From Felis catus (Eukaryota): a stretch of DNA of 64,000 nucleotides. Every line of letters begins with the position of its first letter. Position 1 is the first letter of the stretch. Positions 62,044 to 64,000 of the stretch are shown here, piece by piece. The notes beneath the pieces are model-generated. The model ran no database searches and was not told the DNA's origin. It saw only the letters and a list, made by a program, of their open reading frames with translations. The stretch lies in contig NC_058384.1 in the NCBI RefSeq assembly GCF_018350175.1, positions 31,682,001-31,746,000 of the forward strand, given 5' to 3'. The position numbers were made by a program, and so were the translations under genes.

Positions 62044-62090
<47 letters not shown>
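62044..62090. repeat. (GT)23 microsatellite in TRAF5 intron 1, ~0.7 kb from exon 1
   Basis: Read directly. Confidence 0.95.
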
Positions 62091-62094
<4 letters not shown>

Positions 62095-62189
62095 GTTGTG
62101 TGCTGTGTGGTGTTTCTAAATGAGCACGCTCAATCGAACAGTTCGTGGAGGTTTCCATTCATTCCAATATTAAAGTTTCATTCCAGAGG

Positions 62190-63030
62190 GCTCCGGTTGG
62201 AGAAGTCCTGCAGAAGTGGAGGGGGCGCTGAAGGGTGCGAACGGAGAGCCTCGGGTTTGCAGTGCGTGCGTGCAGGGCACGCCTGGAAATCACCCCTCAA
62301 CCTGAACCTGGTCCCTCCAGGCCACAGCCGTGCTCTACAGCAGCTCCCCAGTCCAGACCCCCGGTCTCCGTCCACGACACACCCTTCTGCTGCAAAGAAA
62401 ACCCGCTCGGAGCCGCGGAGCCTGGCTCTGACCCTCAACACCCAACTGCACCCCCTCGCCCGCAGCAGCGGCCACCAACCCAGCGGGCTCCCCCGGTCCC
62501 CTAACCCCCACCCCGCGGCCGCCCGGCGCTAGTCCGGGACGCGCTAGACGCGAGCGCGGCGGGCGGCCAGGCCCGGGACCCCCACAGCCGAGCGCCAGGC
62601 GCCAGGAGGTGGTTGCGGGGCCCGTGCCGCTGTGGCGCTTTCGGTTTCAAAGCAAACGGGACGAGCCGAAGAACGCTCCTCGGTCCCCTCACTCCAGCTC
62701 TACAGCCTCGGGGCTTATCACCGCGGCGCGGCCACCGCCCCGGAGGCGACCTGCCGGGACTCACGTGTGGCTCGGCGCGGGGGTGCTCAGCCGGCGCTGG
62801 TCCGCAGGCTCGCGGCTACTCCAGGCAGCGACCGGCGACGAGGCGGGGGCCAGGCTCTCAGCCCCCCAGCCCTGCTCGCTGAGCCAGACCGGGGGAGGAA
62901 GGAGGGCGGGCCCGGGACCCGGGAAGGGCGGGGCCTGGGGCGGGGCCCGGAGCAGTCCTGGAGAGGGGCGCAGGCCCCAGGGGAAGGGCGGACGCGCAGG
63001 AAGGTGTCGGGTAGGACGCGGAGAATTACT
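62190..63030 (-). promoter_or_regulatory. TRAF5: CpG island / TRAF5 promoter with GC boxes at 62904-62909, 62926-62933 and 62937-62946
   Basis: Dense unmutated CpG, very high GC content and GGGCGG motifs just upstream of exon 1. Confidence 0.9.
62765..62830 (-). other. TRAF5: TRAF5 non-coding exon 1 (5' boundary approximate)
   Basis: Minus-strand CAC|GTGAGT donor (plus ACTCAC at 62759-62764) inside the CpG island, downstream of a GC-box cluster. No ATG in the exon. Confidence 0.75.
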
Positions 63031-63339
63031 GAGCAGTTAGAAATCTAACCTAACCACACTGGAATCACAAGTACCTACAAATAAAAAGCATCTCAGATTT
63101 TCCTCAAGTGCCTTTGAACTGTACCATCTTACCCTTCAACCTGGGACAACCAAGCTGAGCCAGTCCTTTCCTGCTTTGACTCCCTTAGCTCAAGGTCTCA
63201 GGTCTGGTTGGAACCAGTCCTTCCCCATCTTCCTCAGCAGTAGCACAAATTTGTCCGCCCTCCTCCTTGCTGCGTGTCTAGCAATCCTTTAGAATCGTTG
63301 AGGTTGACCTTGGACCAAGGGCTCCCCAGACATCTCTTT

Positions 63340-63725
63340 GGATCTTCAAAACAACCTTGTGAAGTAGGCCTGTTCCTCCTCATTTTACCTATGAGCTGAG
63401 GTCCAGAGAAGTGACCTGAAGTGAGGTGCCCGAAGGTGGACACTCAGCAAGGGCTGTAGTTACAACTTAAATCCAGCTCTCCTGACTCCTAGATACAGGC
63501 CTCTTTCTTAGAATACTTCTCTCCAGGAGCGTATGTTCTGAATGGTATTTGTAGGCTATATAAATCTCTGTGGAGGTTGATGGAGCATGAAGAGCGAGAT
63601 TTTGGAATGAAATAGATCAGAAGTCCAATTCTAGCTTCCTCACTTTCAGTTAGGCAACCGTGGGCAAGTACTTGATTGCCCTGAGCTTTGATTACTCATC
63701 AGTAAAAGGGGAAAATTAGTAAAAT
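63340..63725. mobile_element. Two MIR fragments upstream of the TRAF5 promoter (63340-63500 minus, 63580-63725 plus)
   Basis: cctcattttacctatgagctgagg and ccctgagctttgattactcatcagtaaaagggg cores. Confidence 0.7.
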
Positions 63726-64000
63726 GCACAACCCAGAGATGCATGGGAGCCAGGCAGAAAGAGACAGGAAGGAGGCCCAAGGCCTCCAGTCATGGAGGAG
63801 GGGGAGGGACACTGGTACACTACAGAGCTTGTGTGGGATCTGGAGGAGCAGCCAGGCTCCGGCTCAGGCTCAGGTTCCATGCCATCCTGTCCTCCTGTGG
63901 TCTCCATTTTTCAACAAGAGCCAGAAATCCAGATTCCAACTTTTGGGTTGGTGAGCCAGATTAACCACTCCAGTGGGCATTGCTTTGGGACTCTAGACCC

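Larger units (their letters stand above)
13169..62830 (-). other. TRAF5: TRAF5 gene span from last coding exon to non-coding exon 1 (TNF receptor-associated factor 5; RING, zinc fingers, coiled coil, MATH/TRAF-C; 558 aa)
   Basis: Ten minus-strand exons traced by hand with GT-AG boundaries and compatible phases (218+58+102+165+78+75+93+141+169+578 = 1677 nt; exon 5 length assumed). The translation matches mammalian TRAF5 from MAYSEE to DLTDLEDL. Confidence 0.98.

Noticed and set aside
61786-62532. Longest non-TRAF5 ORF (248 aa, plus strand)
   Set aside because: Reads through a (GT)n repeat (VCVCVC) and a GC-rich island where stops are rare; no recognisable domain.
62501-63048. Several overlapping Arg/Gly/Pro-rich ORFs on both strands
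   Set aside because: Expected by-product of CpG-island composition.
63050-64000. Expected 3' end of RCOR3 upstream of TRAF5 (from human synteny)
   Set aside because: Only MIR fragments and unique DNA seen; the gene should lie beyond the window.
1-64000. CRISPR arrays, rRNA, prokaryotic-type operons or defence systems
   Set aside because: Mammalian intron-exon DNA; no repeat-spacer periodicity or such genes seen.

Overview
Felid (cat-family) genomic DNA, recognised by ~29 carnivore Can-SINE copies of the SINEC_Fc type and by felid L1 3' ends. The window holds the complete TRAF5 gene on the minus strand. A CpG-island promoter and non-coding exon 1 lie at ~62.8 kb, followed by a ~28.5 kb first intron and ten coding exons (34249 to 13169). 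Exon lengths sum to 1677 nt (558 aa plus stop), assuming exon 5 is 165 nt as in human, because its donor falls in an N run. A ~2 kb 3' UTR follows. A second CpG-island promoter at ~2.8-3.3 kb also points leftward (ETS, GC-box and YY1 motifs, GTAAGT donor) and is probably the orthologue of the LINC00467 promoter, inferred from recalled human synteny. The rest is transposon-rich intron and intergenic DNA (SINEs, L1, L2, MIR, LTRs, hAT/Tigger fossils) with eight N runs of 134-275 nt. I found no evidence of a new gene system. The most unusual observations are retrotransposition structures: (i) a ~460 bp orphan segment, probably a retrocopied 3' UTR, nested in an L1 tail in TRAF5 intron 2 that supplies a sense AATAAA plus A-tract; (ii) a SINE-L1 composite bounded by one shared target-site duplication. 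All repeat family names come from recalled consensus sequences, not from a search, and repeat boundaries are approximate.
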